A stretch of DNA of 64,000 bases from Longimicrobiales bacterium (GCA_965202985.1 CBDBCF010000001.1:2080001-2144000), one strand, 5' to 3'. Positions 30,935-41,373 are shown, counted from the first letter of the stretch. Made by a program: numbers and translations. The notes: generated from the sequence alone by a model not told the origin.

Positions 30935-32272
30935 ATGACGAGCAACAAGAAGACCGCGCGGGCGGAGGGCGGCCAAGCGATCGCCCGCATCCTGCCGGAG
31001 GGCATCGGGAGGACCGGGCGCGCGCGCCGGGGCGCAACGCCGAAGGCGATCGGGACCGCCGTGCTGGCGGCGTGGGCAGCGGCCGCTTGCGGGGACGGAC
31101 GATCCGGCGCCGGCGACGCGGACGATGTCGTCAAGGTGGGGGCCATCTTCGACTTGACGGGGCCGACGGCCGACGTGGGCACCGACTACGCGCGCGGCAT
31201 GACGGCCTACGTGGAGTGGGCCAACGCCCGGGGCGGCATCGAGGGCAGGCGGATCGACCTGATCTCCCAGGACTACGCCTACCGCGTGGACCGGGCGGAG
31301 CAGCTGTACCGCCAGTTCGTGAGCGAAGGCGTCGTGGTGTTCATGGGATGGGGGACGGGCGACACGGAAGCGCTGCACACGCGGGTCGCGGAAGACCAAG
31401 TCCCCTTCAGCTCCGCTTCGTTGTCGCACCGGCTGGGCGATCCGACGCAGGCTCCGTACAACTTTCTGGTCGCCACGTCGTACAGCGACCAGTTCCGGAT
31501 CGCGCTGGACTGGATCGCCCGCGACTGGGCGGCGCGGAGTCCGTCGGCGGAAGCCTTAGGCGACGACGGGCCGAAGGTGGCCCTGCTGCACAACGCAAGT
31601 CCATTCGGGTTGTCGCCGGCTCGCCAGGGAGGCGCCGACTACGCCCGCGAGCGGGGGATCGACTTGACCTTGTACGAGATGGCCCGCGCCGCCATGGACT
31701 ACACGGCGGAGTTTTCGCGCATCCGTCAAAGCGGCGCCCAGTACGTGGTGATCCAGAACACGTCGGGGCCGGCCGCGCTGGCGCTGCGGGACGCCCGCAG
31801 CCTGGGAATGGAGCAGACGTTCGTGTGCCTCAACTGGTGCGCGAACGCCCTGTTGGCGCGCTTGGCCGGCGAAGCGTCGGAAGGCGTCTTGGGCACGATC
31901 CCCTACGCCCCCTTGAGCGTGGACGCGCCCGGCACCCGCGTGATCCGCGAACACTTGGAAGCCGCCGGCGAGTCCGTGGAGGGCAGGACCAACGCCTTTA
32001 CGCAGGGGTGGTGGACCCTGGCCGTGTTCGCGGAAGCCATGAGACAGGTGCTGGCGTCGGGCGAAGAGCTGTCGGGACCCGCCGTCAAGGAGGCCCTGGA
32101 GTCGTTCCGGGACTTCGACATGGGCGGTGCGACCGTGCCCCTGACGTTCACGCCCGACGACCATCGGGGCGCCAAGGGCTTGCGCATGTTCCGCGTGGAG
32201 GACGGCATGTGGGCGCCCTTCACCGAGTTCTTGCAAGCGCCCTCGTGGACGCCCGAAGCGCCCGCCCCTTGA
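30935..32272 (+). CDS. LIV-type ABC substrate-binding lipoprotein
   Basis: AAAAC lipobox, VKVGAIFDLTGP, N.RGGI.GR, DYAY, WGTGDT. Confidence 0.88.
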   Translation: MTSNKKTARAEGGQAIARILPEGIGRTGRARRGATPKAIGTAVLAAWAAAACGDGRSGAGDADDVVKVGAIFDLTGPTADVGTDYARGMTAYVEWANARGGIEGRRIDLISQDYAYRVDRAEQLYRQFVSEGVVVFMGWGTGDTEALHTRVAEDQVPFSSASLSHRLGDPTQAPYNFLVATSYSDQFRIALDWIARDWAARSPSAEALGDDGPKVALLHNASPFGLSPARQGGADYARERGIDLTLYEMARAAMDYTAEFSRIRQSGAQYVVIQNTSGPAALALRDARSLGMEQTFVCLNWCANALLARLAGEASEGVLGTIPYAPLSVDAPGTRVIREHLEAAGESVEGRTNAFTQGWWTLAVFAEAMRQVLASGEELSGPAVKEALESFRDFDMGGATVPLTFTPDDHRGAKGLRMFRVEDGMWAPFTEFLQAPSWTPEAPAP

Positions 32273-33114
32273 ACGCCGGCGCGCCGCACGCCATCCGGTC
32301 GCCCCCGCCCGCCCCGCCCCTGTTGCAGATCAACAACGTCGAGGTCCGCTACGACGACGTGATCCTGGTGCTGCGAGGACTCTCGCTGGAGGTGGCCCGC
32401 GGGGGGATTGCGGCGCTCCTGGGGTCCAACGGGGCCGGCAAGACCACGACCCTTCGCGCGATTTCGGGCCTGCTCGACATGGAGGACGGCAGGGTCGCGG
32501 ATGGTTCCATCGTCTTCGACGGCGAGGAGATCCACGAAATGGCGGCTCACCGGATCGTGGAGAAGGGCGTATTCCAGGTGCTGGAAGGGCGGCGCGTATT
32601 CGAACATCTGACGGTGCGCGAGAACCTGTTGGCGGGGGCGTACACGCGCCGAGGCCGGGGCGTCGCCGTGGAGGCGGAGCTGGAACGGGTGTTCGCGTAC
32701 TTTCCGCGCTTGGCGGAGCGGCGGCGCCAGACCGCGGGCCACTTGTCGGGCGGCGAGCAGCAGATGCTGGCGCTGGGCCGGGCGCTGATGGCGCGGCCTC
32801 GCATGATGCTGCTGGACGAGCCTTCCCTGGGGCTGGCGCCGATACTGGTGGAGAGCATCTTCGAGATCGTCGAGCGCATCAACCGCGAAGAGGGCGTCGC
32901 GATCCTGCTGGTGGAGCAGAACGCCCGCCTGGCGCTGTCGGTCGCGGACTACGGCTACGTCATGGAGGGCGGCCGCGTGGTGCTGGAGGGCGACGCCGCC
33001 GAGCTTCGCGCCAACGAGGACGTGAAGGAGTTCTACCTGGGACTAGGCGATTCGGGCCGGCGCTCGTACCGCGACGTAAAGCACTATCGGCGTCGGAAGC
33101 GCTGGTTGTCGTGA
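32269..33114 (+). CDS. LIV-type ABC ATP-binding protein (LivF-like)
   Basis: GSNGAGKTT, LSGGEQQM, LLDEPSLGLAP, C-terminal VKHYRRRKRWL. Confidence 0.92.
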   Translation: MNAGAPHAIRSPPPAPPLLQINNVEVRYDDVILVLRGLSLEVARGGIAALLGSNGAGKTTTLRAISGLLDMEDGRVADGSIVFDGEEIHEMAAHRIVEKGVFQVLEGRRVFEHLTVRENLLAGAYTRRGRGVAVEAELERVFAYFPRLAERRRQTAGHLSGGEQQMLALGRALMARPRMMLLDEPSLGLAPILVESIFEIVERINREEGVAILLVEQNARLALSVADYGYVMEGGRVVLEGDAAELRANEDVKEFYLGLGDSGRRSYRDVKHYRRRKRWLS

Positions 33115-34340
33115 CCGGCGGGGCGCCCAAGGAATGGGCCGCGCGGCAGGACCGGCTGGCCGCCCGAGCAGTGGCCTACGGGGCGCAGCACAGCGCCGAG
33201 ATCCGGTTGCGACTGGAACGGGCGGGGGTCGTGCCGGAAGAGGTGGCGAGCGTCGGCGGGCTGGCGCGGGTCCCCGTGTTGCACAAGGACGACGTGCCGG
33301 GCCTGCAAGCGAGCGATCCGCCGTTCGGGGGGATGCTTGCCGTGCCGGTGGGGTCGCTCCGTCGGGTCTACCGCTCGCCGGGGCCGATCCTGGACCCGGA
33401 AGGCGAGGATCCCGACTTCTGGCGGGTGGGGCCGGCGGCGCGGGCGGCCGGCTTTCGCCCGGGCGACGTCGTGCTGAACAGCCTGTCGTACCACTTGACC
33501 CCCGGCGGCATGATGCTGGACGGCGGCCTCCGCGCCCTGGGGTGCGTGGTCGCGCCCGGCGGCTCGGGCGACGCGGCGGCGCAAGCGGAGATCGCCCGCG
33601 CGACCGGGGCGGCCGGCTACGTGGGCACGCCCCAGTTCCTGCTCGCGTTGCTGGAATGCGCCCGGACCGGCGGCGCACCTCTGAAGTTGCAACGGGCATT
33701 GGTGACGGGCGCGCCGTTGCCGCCTTCGTTGCGCGCACAGCTCCAAGACGCTTTCGACGTGGACGTCTACCAGTTCTACGGGACCGCGGACGCCGGCGCC
33801 TTGGGCTACGAGTGCGAAGCCAAGGACGGCTGGCACGTGGCCACGGAGGTAGTGCTGGAAATCCTGTCGCCCGCCGACGGCCAGCCTGCCGCGGACGGCG
33901 AGCCCGGCGAAGTCGTGGTCACCAGTCCCAACAGGGTTTATCCGCTCGTCCGGTTCGGCACGGGCGATCTGTCGGCCTGGAACCGCGCGCCCTGCACGTG
34001 CGACCGGACGAGCCCGCGCCTGACCGGCTTTCTGGGCCGAACGGGCGAAGGCGTCAAGGTGCGGGGCATGTTCGTGCACCCCCGCGAGCTGGCGGCGGCG
34101 CTGGCGGTGGCACCCGGCGTGGCGCGCTGGCAAGCGGTCGTGAGCGAGCGCAACAACCGAGACGAGTTCGTGGTGCGCGTGGAGGGGCAGGGGACCGCCT
34201 TGGCGCCCGCAGCACTGGCACGTCGCATCCGGGAAGCGGCAAGGGTGCGGGCCGAAGTGGAGTTCGTGGCGCCGGGAACGCTGCCCCAGGACGGCCCCCG
34301 AATCGTGGACCGCCGAGCCCCCGGCGCCCGGCCCCGCTGA
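33111..34340 (+). CDS. Phenylacetate-CoA ligase family protein
   Basis: SPGPI, SYHLTPGG, YGTADAG, YPLVRFGTGD, KVRGMFVHP. Confidence 0.88.
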   Translation: MTGGAPKEWAARQDRLAARAVAYGAQHSAEIRLRLERAGVVPEEVASVGGLARVPVLHKDDVPGLQASDPPFGGMLAVPVGSLRRVYRSPGPILDPEGEDPDFWRVGPAARAAGFRPGDVVLNSLSYHLTPGGMMLDGGLRALGCVVAPGGSGDAAAQAEIARATGAAGYVGTPQFLLALLECARTGGAPLKLQRALVTGAPLPPSLRAQLQDAFDVDVYQFYGTADAGALGYECEAKDGWHVATEVVLEILSPADGQPAADGEPGEVVVTSPNRVYPLVRFGTGDLSAWNRAPCTCDRTSPRLTGFLGRTGEGVKVRGMFVHPRELAAALAVAPGVARWQAVVSERNNRDEFVVRVEGQGTALAPAALARRIREAARVRAEVEFVAPGTLPQDGPRIVDRRAPGARPR

Positions 34341-34356
34341 ACGTGCCAACGTCGGG

Positions 34357-37300
34357 TCAATTGAAGAACCGCCCCCGACCCACATAAGGTTTGCCGACAG
34401 CGCGCGGTTCGGCGGCCGCGGCAGCGCCGTCCGGGGCGCGTTCGGTCTCCAGGGCGTCTAGCCATCCGTTCAGCGCTTGCACCTGCTCCGCGATCACGTG
34501 GATCACGCCGTCCTCGGCCTGGACCTTGCCGCGGCAGATCATGAGTCGCGCCGTCAGCAGGTCGCGGCGGCAACGCTCCTGCACCGTCGGGAAAACGACA
34601 AGGTTGGCGATCCCGGTCTCGTCCTCCAAAGTTGCGAACACGACCTCGCGCGCAGTGCCCGGACGCTGTCGCACAAGCACGAGCCCCGCCACGGCGACGC
34701 GGGCGCCGTCTCGCATCTTTGCCAACTCCGCCGCAGGACGTGCGCCCCGCCGCGCCAAGCGCTCCCGCAGAAACGCCACCGGGTGCCGCTTCAACGACAA
34801 GCCCGTCGTACGGTAGTCGGCGACCACGTGCTGCCCCTGGGACATGGCGGGCAGTGCGGGCTCGACTTCTTGACGGACCGCGACGCCGTCGAACAACGGC
34901 AGCGGCTCCGAGTCGCCCAAACCCCCGGCTGCCCAAGCGGCTTGGCGGCGGTCCAATCCCATGGAGCCGAAGGCGTCGGCGTTGGCCAAGCGCACAAGCG
35001 TTGCGCGCGGAATCCCCGACCTCCTCCACAGGTCTTCGGGCGACACGAAGGCTTCCCCAGGCGCCTCTCCCCGCGCCTTCACGAGAAGCGCGGCCTCTTC
35101 GGCGCGCAGGCCCCGGACTTGGCGCAACCCCAGCCTCAGCGCGAGCCGCCCGTCGCTCGCCGCGCCCAGCGTGCAGTCCCAGTCCGAGTGGTTCACGTCA
35201 GCGGGGCGCACATCCACGCCGTGGTCACGGGCGTCGCGAACGATCTGGGCGGGCGGGTAGAAGCCCATCGGCTGGCTGTTCAGAAGCGCGCAAGCGAAGA
35301 CGGCGGGATGATGGTGCTTGATCCAGGAGGACACGTAGGCCAGCAAGGCAAAGCTGGCGGCGTGGCTTTCGGGAAAGCCGTAGTCGCCGAAGCCTTCGAT
35401 CTGCCGGAAGCACCGTTCGGCGAAATCGCGGTCGTAGCCCCGTCCGGTCATGCCCTCCACGAACTTGTCCCGAAAGCGGTGAATGGTGCCGTAGTTGCGG
35501 AAGCTGGCCATGGCGCGGCGCAGCTGGTCGGCCTCCGCGGGAGTGAAGCCGGCGGCCACGATGGCGATCTTCATGGCCTGTTCTTGGAACAAGGGCACGC
35601 CCAAGGTCTTCTCCAGAACCTTGCGCAGCTCCTCGGACGGGTACGCGACCGGCTCCAGTCCTTTGCGTCTGCGCAAGTACGGATGCACCATGTCGCCTTG
35701 AATGGGACCCGGGCGCACGATCGCCACTTCGATCACCAAGTCGTAGAATGTCTTGGGCCCGAGCCTGGGCAGCATCGCCATCTGAGCCCGGCTCTCGATC
35801 TGAAAGACGCCCACCGTGTCGGCGCGCTGGATCATCTTGTACACCGCCGGGTCTTCCTGCGGCACGCTGGCCAAGGTATGGCGCGCCCCGCAGTGCGTTT
35901 CCAACAGATCGAACGCCCGCCTCATGCACGACAACATGCCGAGCCCCAGCACGTCCACCTTGACCAAGCCCAGCGCCTCCAAGTCGTCCTTGTTCCATTC
36001 GATCACCGTGCGATCCGCCATCGCCGCGTTCTGGATGGGAACGATTTCGCACAAGGGCCCACGCGAGATCACGAACCCTCCCACGTGCTGCGACAGGTGA
36101 CGCGGGAACCCGCACAGCTCCCGCGACAGCTCCAACGCCAGCGCCAGGCGCCGGTCCGACGGATCGAACCCCTCTTCGCGGGCTTGCGCTTCGCCCGCCG
36201 GTCCGGACCACCACGAAACCGTGGACAAGAGCCGGTCGATCACGTCCTTGCTCAGCCCCATGGCCTTGCCCACGTCCCGCAGCGCGCTACGGGGTCGATA
36301 CGACACCACCGTGGCCGCCAGCCCGGCGCGCTCGCGCCCGTACTTCCGGTAGATGTACTGGATGATCTCTTCTCGGCGCTCGTGCTCGAAGTCCACGTCG
36401 ATGTCGGGCACTTCGTCGCGTTCGGCGGAGATGAAGCGCTCGAAGAGTAGGTCGATGCGGACCGGGTCCACGGCGGTGATGCCCAGGCAGTAGCACACGG
36501 CCGAGTTGGCCGCCGAGCCCCGCCCTTGGCACAGGATGCCCATGTCGCGGGCGGTCCGCACGATGTCGTCCACGGTCAGGAAGTACGGCGCGTACTCCAG
36601 CCTGCCGATCAGCGCCAGCTCGTGCTCCAGAGCCGCGCGCACCTTGGGCGGCACGCCTTCGGGATAACGACGCTCGGCGCCGCGCCACGTCAGGGCTTCC
36701 AGGGTTTCCTGGGGCGTGCGGCCGTCGCCGGCGACTTCGGCGGGGTACTCGTAGCGCAGTTCGTCCAGGGAGAAGCGACAGCGGTCGGCGATCTCCAAGG
36801 CGTTGCACAGGGCTTCCGGGTGGTTGCGGAAGAGCCGTGCTGTCTCCGCCGGCGCTTTGAGGTGGCGGTCCGCGCTGGGGGCCAAGCGCCAGCCGGCGTT
36901 GCGAACGGTGCAGCGCTCGCGCACGCAGGTCAGCACGTCGTGTAGGCGACGGCGGTCGGGGTCGTGCATCTCCACGTCTCCCGTGGCGACCAGGGGCACG
37001 CCGCTCGCCTTCGACAACGCGGCCAAGCGGGCCAGCCGGCGGTCGTCGTCGCCCCGGCGGTAGTGGGAGGCCGCCAAGTAAAGGGGCGCGTCGGGCCGCT
37101 CTTCCAGTCGGTCCCGGTACCATGCCAGCTGTTTGCCGAAGTCGGCGCCGGGAGGCAGCACCTGGGGCGCCACGACGACGAAGACTTGTGCACCGGCGGC
37201 CCGAATCACGTCTTGGCGGCGCAGGTGGCAGGCTCCCTTGGGCGCGCGCCGTCGTCCCGTGGTGATCAAGCGCGCCAAGCGACCGTAGCCGGCGCGATCC

Positions 37301-37566
37301 ACGGGCAGGCACAACAGGCTGGGGCCGTCCAGCAGGTCCAGGCGCGCGCCGGGGACAAGACGCAGTCCCGCCTGCTCGGCGGTCTCCTGCTTGGCGGCCC
37401 GGTGCGCCCGAACGACTCCGGCCAAGGTGTTGCGGTCGGTTAGGGCCATGGCCCGGTAGCCCAGCGCGGCGGCCCGCTCCACCAGCTCTTCCGGGTGGGA
37501 AGCGCCCCTCAGGAACGAAAAGTTGCTGGTGACTTGAAGTTCGGCGTAGGCCGGGACGCCGCTCAT
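34357..37566 (-). CDS. dnaE2: Error-prone DNA polymerase DnaE2/ImuC
   Basis: YAELQVTSNFSFLRGASHPEEL, QGRGSAANS, PDIDVDFEHERREE, GFPESHAASF, RQRPGTA, C-terminal GRFFN. Confidence 0.96.
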   Translation of the reverse strand: MSGVPAYAELQVTSNFSFLRGASHPEELVERAAALGYRAMALTDRNTLAGVVRAHRAAKQETAEQAGLRLVPGARLDLLDGPSLLCLPVDRAGYGRLARLITTGRRRAPKGACHLRRQDVIRAAGAQVFVVVAPQVLPPGADFGKQLAWYRDRLEERPDAPLYLAASHYRRGDDDRRLARLAALSKASGVPLVATGDVEMHDPDRRRLHDVLTCVRERCTVRNAGWRLAPSADRHLKAPAETARLFRNHPEALCNALEIADRCRFSLDELRYEYPAEVAGDGRTPQETLEALTWRGAERRYPEGVPPKVRAALEHELALIGRLEYAPYFLTVDDIVRTARDMGILCQGRGSAANSAVCYCLGITAVDPVRIDLLFERFISAERDEVPDIDVDFEHERREEIIQYIYRKYGRERAGLAATVVSYRPRSALRDVGKAMGLSKDVIDRLLSTVSWWSGPAGEAQAREEGFDPSDRRLALALELSRELCGFPRHLSQHVGGFVISRGPLCEIVPIQNAAMADRTVIEWNKDDLEALGLVKVDVLGLGMLSCMRRAFDLLETHCGARHTLASVPQEDPAVYKMIQRADTVGVFQIESRAQMAMLPRLGPKTFYDLVIEVAIVRPGPIQGDMVHPYLRRRKGLEPVAYPSEELRKVLEKTLGVPLFQEQAMKIAIVAAGFTPAEADQLRRAMASFRNYGTIHRFRDKFVEGMTGRGYDRDFAERCFRQIEGFGDYGFPESHAASFALLAYVSSWIKHHHPAVFACALLNSQPMGFYPPAQIVRDARDHGVDVRPADVNHSDWDCTLGAASDGRLALRLGLRQVRGLRAEEAALLVKARGEAPGEAFVSPEDLWRRSGIPRATLVRLANADAFGSMGLDRRQAAWAAGGLGDSEPLPLFDGVAVRQEVEPALPAMSQGQHVVADYRTTGLSLKRHPVAFLRERLARRGARPAAELAKMRDGARVAVAGLVLVRQRPGTAREVVFATLEDETGIANLVVFPTVQERCRRDLLTARLMICRGKVQAEDGVIHVIAEQVQALNGWLDALETERAPDGAAAAAEPRAVGKPYVGRGRFFN

Positions 37567-39179
37567 CCGAACAACCCGTGAAGGAACCACCGCGCCCGCT
37601 CTTCTCGGTACAGCCAATAGCGCCGGCCTTCGTCGTCTTCGGCCCAGTAGTAGTCGCGGGGCAGGGCGTCTTCGCGCCACCACTCGCACTCCAGACGTTC
37701 GGGACCGGCGACGGCGCGGACCCGACAGGCCTGCCTCCTTCGGACGAAGAAGACCGGCAGCCCGCGCGGCTCGTCGACGCGCACATCCACCGGCTCCGGG
37801 GGCGACAACAGGCGCAACGGGCGGCGGCCCTCGGGCCAGCACGTCGCGGAGACAGCAGGCGACGACAAGGGCCCCTTGCCCACCGCCCTCTCGGGCAACC
37901 AACTCTGCCGGGGCCAAGGACGCACAATGCAACCGAAGCCGAACCGGTTCCCGATCCGATCCAGAAGGCCCGTCAAGCCCTTGGCGTCCGCCAAATCCGG
38001 CGCGCCTGCCCAATCCGACGCCGCGTCCGCGCAACCCGGCGTCGTGCCTCGGTCGGCCGTCGCCGCATCCGCGTAGCCCGCGACCATGCCCGCTCCTCCG
38101 ATCCAGCCCGTTTGCACGGTCTCCACGGCTTCGACCACCTCGGCTCGCAGCACCATCTCCTCGATGCCGAAGCCGGGTCGGACCTGGGCCAGCTTTTCGG
38201 CAAAAAGGGGCGCCAACGCTTCCTTTCGGCGACGGGGGCGACTGGCGCCGACGACAAGCGACTGGCGAGTTCCGTCCACCCCGCGGCAGATCAAGCGCAA
38301 CCGTCGGACACCCTCTTCGGTGCGGCGCAACGTTCGGCACAAGCTGGCCAGAAGCTCGTCCACGGCGGCCCGGACGTCGCCGGCCCTGGCTATCGGCTCG
38401 GCAAAGGCCCGGCAAGCTTCCAGGGGTGCCGGAGGCCGAAGAGGCGCAAGGGGCTCTTCAAGGCGCCCCAACGCTTGCGCCAGCCTTCGGGACGGCCCGG
38501 AACCGAAGCGCGCGTCCAGTTTGACGGATTCCATGTCGAACAGTGCACGAATTCTGTCCAGGCCGAACGACGAAAGGGCTTCCGCCACGCCGGGCTCCAA
38601 CCGCAGGGCGGCCACCGGCAGCTCCGCCAGGGCATCCTTGGTTCCGTCGGGGCCGGCGACGGGCGGGAGTGCGGTCGTCGCGCCGCCGCCGTTGCTGCCG
38701 TAGTGCGACAGCGCCCAGGCCGCTCCCGGCGTTCCGGCCAGGGCCGTCCTCGAAGCCAAGCCGAAGCCGTTCAGTTCCTTATGCACTTTCGTTGCCAGGG
38801 CTTCTTCGCCTCCGAAGAGGTGCGCGCAGCCTCCCACGTCCAGAAACAGGGTGTCGGGCGGGGACAGGGCGACCCGAGGCGTGAAGCGAAAAGCCCAGCG
38901 GCCCAGCGATTCGAGCGCCCGGAGATCGCCCGCGGGGTCGGCAGGGGCCGCGACCACGTTGGGTTCGACGGCCCTGGCGTCGGCCAAGGGCATCCCGGGC
39001 GACAGTCCTGCCCTGCGCGCCCGAAGGTTGGTTGCGTCCACGACCATTCGGCCCCGGACCTCCGAAACCGTGACGAAGGGGCGCTCCCGCGCTTCGGGAC
39101 GGCGCCGGGTCAGCCGTTCGGTGGCCCACCACGGCAGCCACACGGCCAAGATGCGCCGAGAGAGCGAGCGCAGGGTCAC
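37563..39179 (-). CDS. imuB: ImuB, inactive Y-family polymerase
   Basis: LAVWLP, GMPLADARA, RFTP.V...LFLDV.GCAHLFGGE, LPVAALRL, GPER.ECEWW...RDYY...WFLHGLF. Confidence 0.93.
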   Translation of the reverse strand: MTLRSLSRRILAVWLPWWATERLTRRRPEARERPFVTVSEVRGRMVVDATNLRARRAGLSPGMPLADARAVEPNVVAAPADPAGDLRALESLGRWAFRFTPRVALSPPDTLFLDVGGCAHLFGGEEALATKVHKELNGFGLASRTALAGTPGAAWALSHYGSNGGGATTALPPVAGPDGTKDALAELPVAALRLEPGVAEALSSFGLDRIRALFDMESVKLDARFGSGPSRRLAQALGRLEEPLAPLRPPAPLEACRAFAEPIARAGDVRAAVDELLASLCRTLRRTEEGVRRLRLICRGVDGTRQSLVVGASRPRRRKEALAPLFAEKLAQVRPGFGIEEMVLRAEVVEAVETVQTGWIGGAGMVAGYADAATADRGTTPGCADAASDWAGAPDLADAKGLTGLLDRIGNRFGFGCIVRPWPRQSWLPERAVGKGPLSSPAVSATCWPEGRRPLRLLSPPEPVDVRVDEPRGLPVFFVRRRQACRVRAVAGPERLECEWWREDALPRDYYWAEDDEGRRYWLYREERARWFLHGLFG

Positions 39180-39862
39180 GGGCCAGCCCCGCACCAAGCT
39201 TGCGCGGCGTCGTTTCGTGTTGCGTCGCCCACGAGGCCCGGCGGTCGCCACGCCACGACCCGCTCCAGCGCTCGCCCGCCCCGGCAACGCAATAGCTGGA
39301 CGCGCCACGCTTCCCGGTCCGGCCCCCGACCCGGCGCCGCCGTGATCCGCCATCGGCTGGCCGCCGTGGGAACGCCCGCCCTCCCGACCCCCGTTCCCGG
39401 CGTCAGCACCAAGCCCACCACGTCCGATCCTTCGGCGGCGAGCATCAAGCGACGCGACGCCGCCAGTCCCAGAGGGGCGCTCTCGGCCACCACCCCCTTC
39501 ACCGCCCGACAGCGCAACGCCTCTTCCATGACCCAAGCAACGTCCCCCGGTCGCCGAAGCCCCGCGACCACCACCAGCCGCCCTGCCTCGATCCCGTAGC
39601 GGACCAAGCCCGGTGCGTGCAGGTCTCCGTGCTGGGCCAGCCACAGCAGCGCACCCCCGCGCGCCCCCGCCCGGCCCAGGACGGCGGCGCAGAACCCCGT
39701 CGCGGCCTCGTTTCCGCCCACCTCGTGAACGCACCCTCGCCGCAACCCGCCGCCGGGAAGCGCACCGTCGATCTCGGGAAGGCCCAAGGGCAGGCAGGGT
39801 TGCCCGGCGCACCCCGCCCCATCGATCTGCCCGATCTTCCGACGCAACGCAGCAACAGACAT
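39176..39862 (-). CDS. imuA: ImuA (RecA/SulA-like)
   Basis: IDGALPGGGL..G.VHE, W.MEEALRC, SRRL.LAAE, W.VQLLRCRGG. Upstream of imuB-dnaE2. Confidence 0.9.
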   Translation of the reverse strand: MSVAALRRKIGQIDGAGCAGQPCLPLGLPEIDGALPGGGLRRGCVHEVGGNEAATGFCAAVLGRAGARGGALLWLAQHGDLHAPGLVRYGIEAGRLVVVAGLRRPGDVAWVMEEALRCRAVKGVVAESAPLGLAASRRLMLAAEGSDVVGLVLTPGTGVGRAGVPTAASRWRITAAPGRGPDREAWRVQLLRCRGGRALERVVAWRPPGLVGDATRNDAAQAWCGAGP

Positions 39863-39872
39863 GGGATGACAA

Positions 39873-39897
39873 GAATACCGAATAAAAACCGTATTCG
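39873..39897. promoter_or_regulatory. Palindromic candidate SOS/LexA-type operator upstream of imuA
   Basis: CGAATA-N7-TATTCG (39879-39897) overlapping GAATAC-N12-GTATTC (39873-39896), in an AT-rich divergent spacer. Confidence 0.45.
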
Positions 39898-39969
39898 TCA
39901 AATCGGACTATGCTGGGAGCCGACGGGGACCGCTGGCGGCGGCAACGTCCGCACCGCATCCTTGAAGGC

Positions 39970-41346
39970 GTGCCGACCCTTCCCGCCCCCCTCCACGATG
40001 CGCTTGCCGCCCGCTTCGGCAGCCGATACTCGACCGCCGCGGCGGTTAGGGAGCACCACGGCAAGGACGATTCCCATCATCCCGTGGTCCCGCCCGCCGC
40101 CGTCGTCTTTGCGGGGTCCACCGAAGACGTGGCGTTCGCGACGGCGTCCTGCGCCCGTCACGGCGTGCCCGTGATCCCCTTCGGCGCCGGCACTTCGATC
40201 GAGGGCCACGTGCAGGCGGTGCAGGGCGGCGTCAGCATCGATCTGACCGGGATGAACCAAGTGCTGGCGGTTCGGCCCGACGACATGGACGCCACCGTCG
40301 AGGCTGGCGTGACCCGCCGCCAGTTGGCGCGCGAGCTGAAGGGCACGGGCACGTTCTTCCCCGTGGACCCGGGCGCCGACGCCACCTTGGGAGGCATGGC
40401 GGCCACCGGCGCTTCGGGCACCACGACGGTTCGCTACGGCGCCATGCGGGACAACGTGATCTCGCTCGCGGCCGTGCTCGCCGACGGCTCCGTGCTGCGG
40501 ACGGCCGGCCGAGCCCGCAAGTCGTCGGCCGGATACGACTTGACCCGCCTGTTCGTGGGCTCGGAGGGCACGTTGGGCGTGATCACGGAGCTCGTGGTGC
40601 GCCTGCATCCGGTACCCGAGGCCGTGGCCGCCGCCGTGTGCGCGTTCCCGGACTTGGGCGCGGCGGTGGCGTCGGTGGTGCAGGCGGTTCAGGCGGGAGT
40701 TCCCGTGGCACGGGCCGAGCTGCTGGACGCGACGGCGATGAAGGCGGTCCGCCGGTACTCGGGGCTGTTCTACGCCGAAGCGCCGACCGTCTTCTTCGAG
40801 TTCCACGGGTCCGAAGCCGAAGTGAGCGACCAGGGGACCGCCATGGAGGAGCTGTGCCGCGAAGTGGGCGGATCGGCCTTCGAATACGCCCGCCGACAGG
40901 AAGAGCGGAACCGGCTATGGAAGGCGCGCCACGACGCCTATCCGGCACTGTTGGCGTTGCGTCCGGGCAGCCGGGGATTGACCACCGACGTGTGCGTGCC
41001 CCTGTCCAAGCTGGCCCAGTGCATGACCGAGAGCTGCGAGGACTTGAAGGCGGCCACCGTGCCTTGGGGCATCGTGGGTCACGTGGGCGACGGCAACTTC
41101 CACGTGGCGTTCGCGATCGACCCGGCGCGACCGGAGGAGCGGGCCGAGGCCGAGGCGGCCAACGAGCGCATGATCGAACGCGCCCTGGCGCTGGAAGGCA
41201 CCTGCACGGGCGAACACGGCGTCGGGCTGGGCAAGCGACGCTTTCTGGAGGCCGAGTTCGGCGTTGCCGGGGTGGCCGCCATGCGCGCCGTCAAGAAGGC
41301 GCTGGATCCGGACGGCGTCATGAACCCGGGGAAAATGTTGCCGTAG
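39970..41346 (+). CDS. FAD-linked oxidase (D-lactate dehydrogenase/GlcD-like)
   Basis: PFGAGTSIEG, PVDPGADATLGGM, KSSAGYDL..LFVGSEGTLG, GHVGDGNFH, GEHGVG, MNPGK. Start could be 39910. Confidence 0.92.
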   Translation: MPTLPAPLHDALAARFGSRYSTAAAVREHHGKDDSHHPVVPPAAVVFAGSTEDVAFATASCARHGVPVIPFGAGTSIEGHVQAVQGGVSIDLTGMNQVLAVRPDDMDATVEAGVTRRQLARELKGTGTFFPVDPGADATLGGMAATGASGTTTVRYGAMRDNVISLAAVLADGSVLRTAGRARKSSAGYDLTRLFVGSEGTLGVITELVVRLHPVPEAVAAAVCAFPDLGAAVASVVQAVQAGVPVARAELLDATAMKAVRRYSGLFYAEAPTVFFEFHGSEAEVSDQGTAMEELCREVGGSAFEYARRQEERNRLWKARHDAYPALLALRPGSRGLTTDVCVPLSKLAQCMTESCEDLKAATVPWGIVGHVGDGNFHVAFAIDPARPEERAEAEAANERMIERALALEGTCTGEHGVGLGKRRFLEAEFGVAGVAAMRAVKKALDPDGVMNPGKMLP

Positions 41347-41373
41347 GTGCGCGGCTTGGTGCGGCGGCGGACG

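Noticed and set aside
26186..34340. Acyl-CoA ligase / LIV ABC / PaaK-like cluster as a novel system
   Set aside because: This is a widespread, known gene arrangement. Only the substrate is uncertain.
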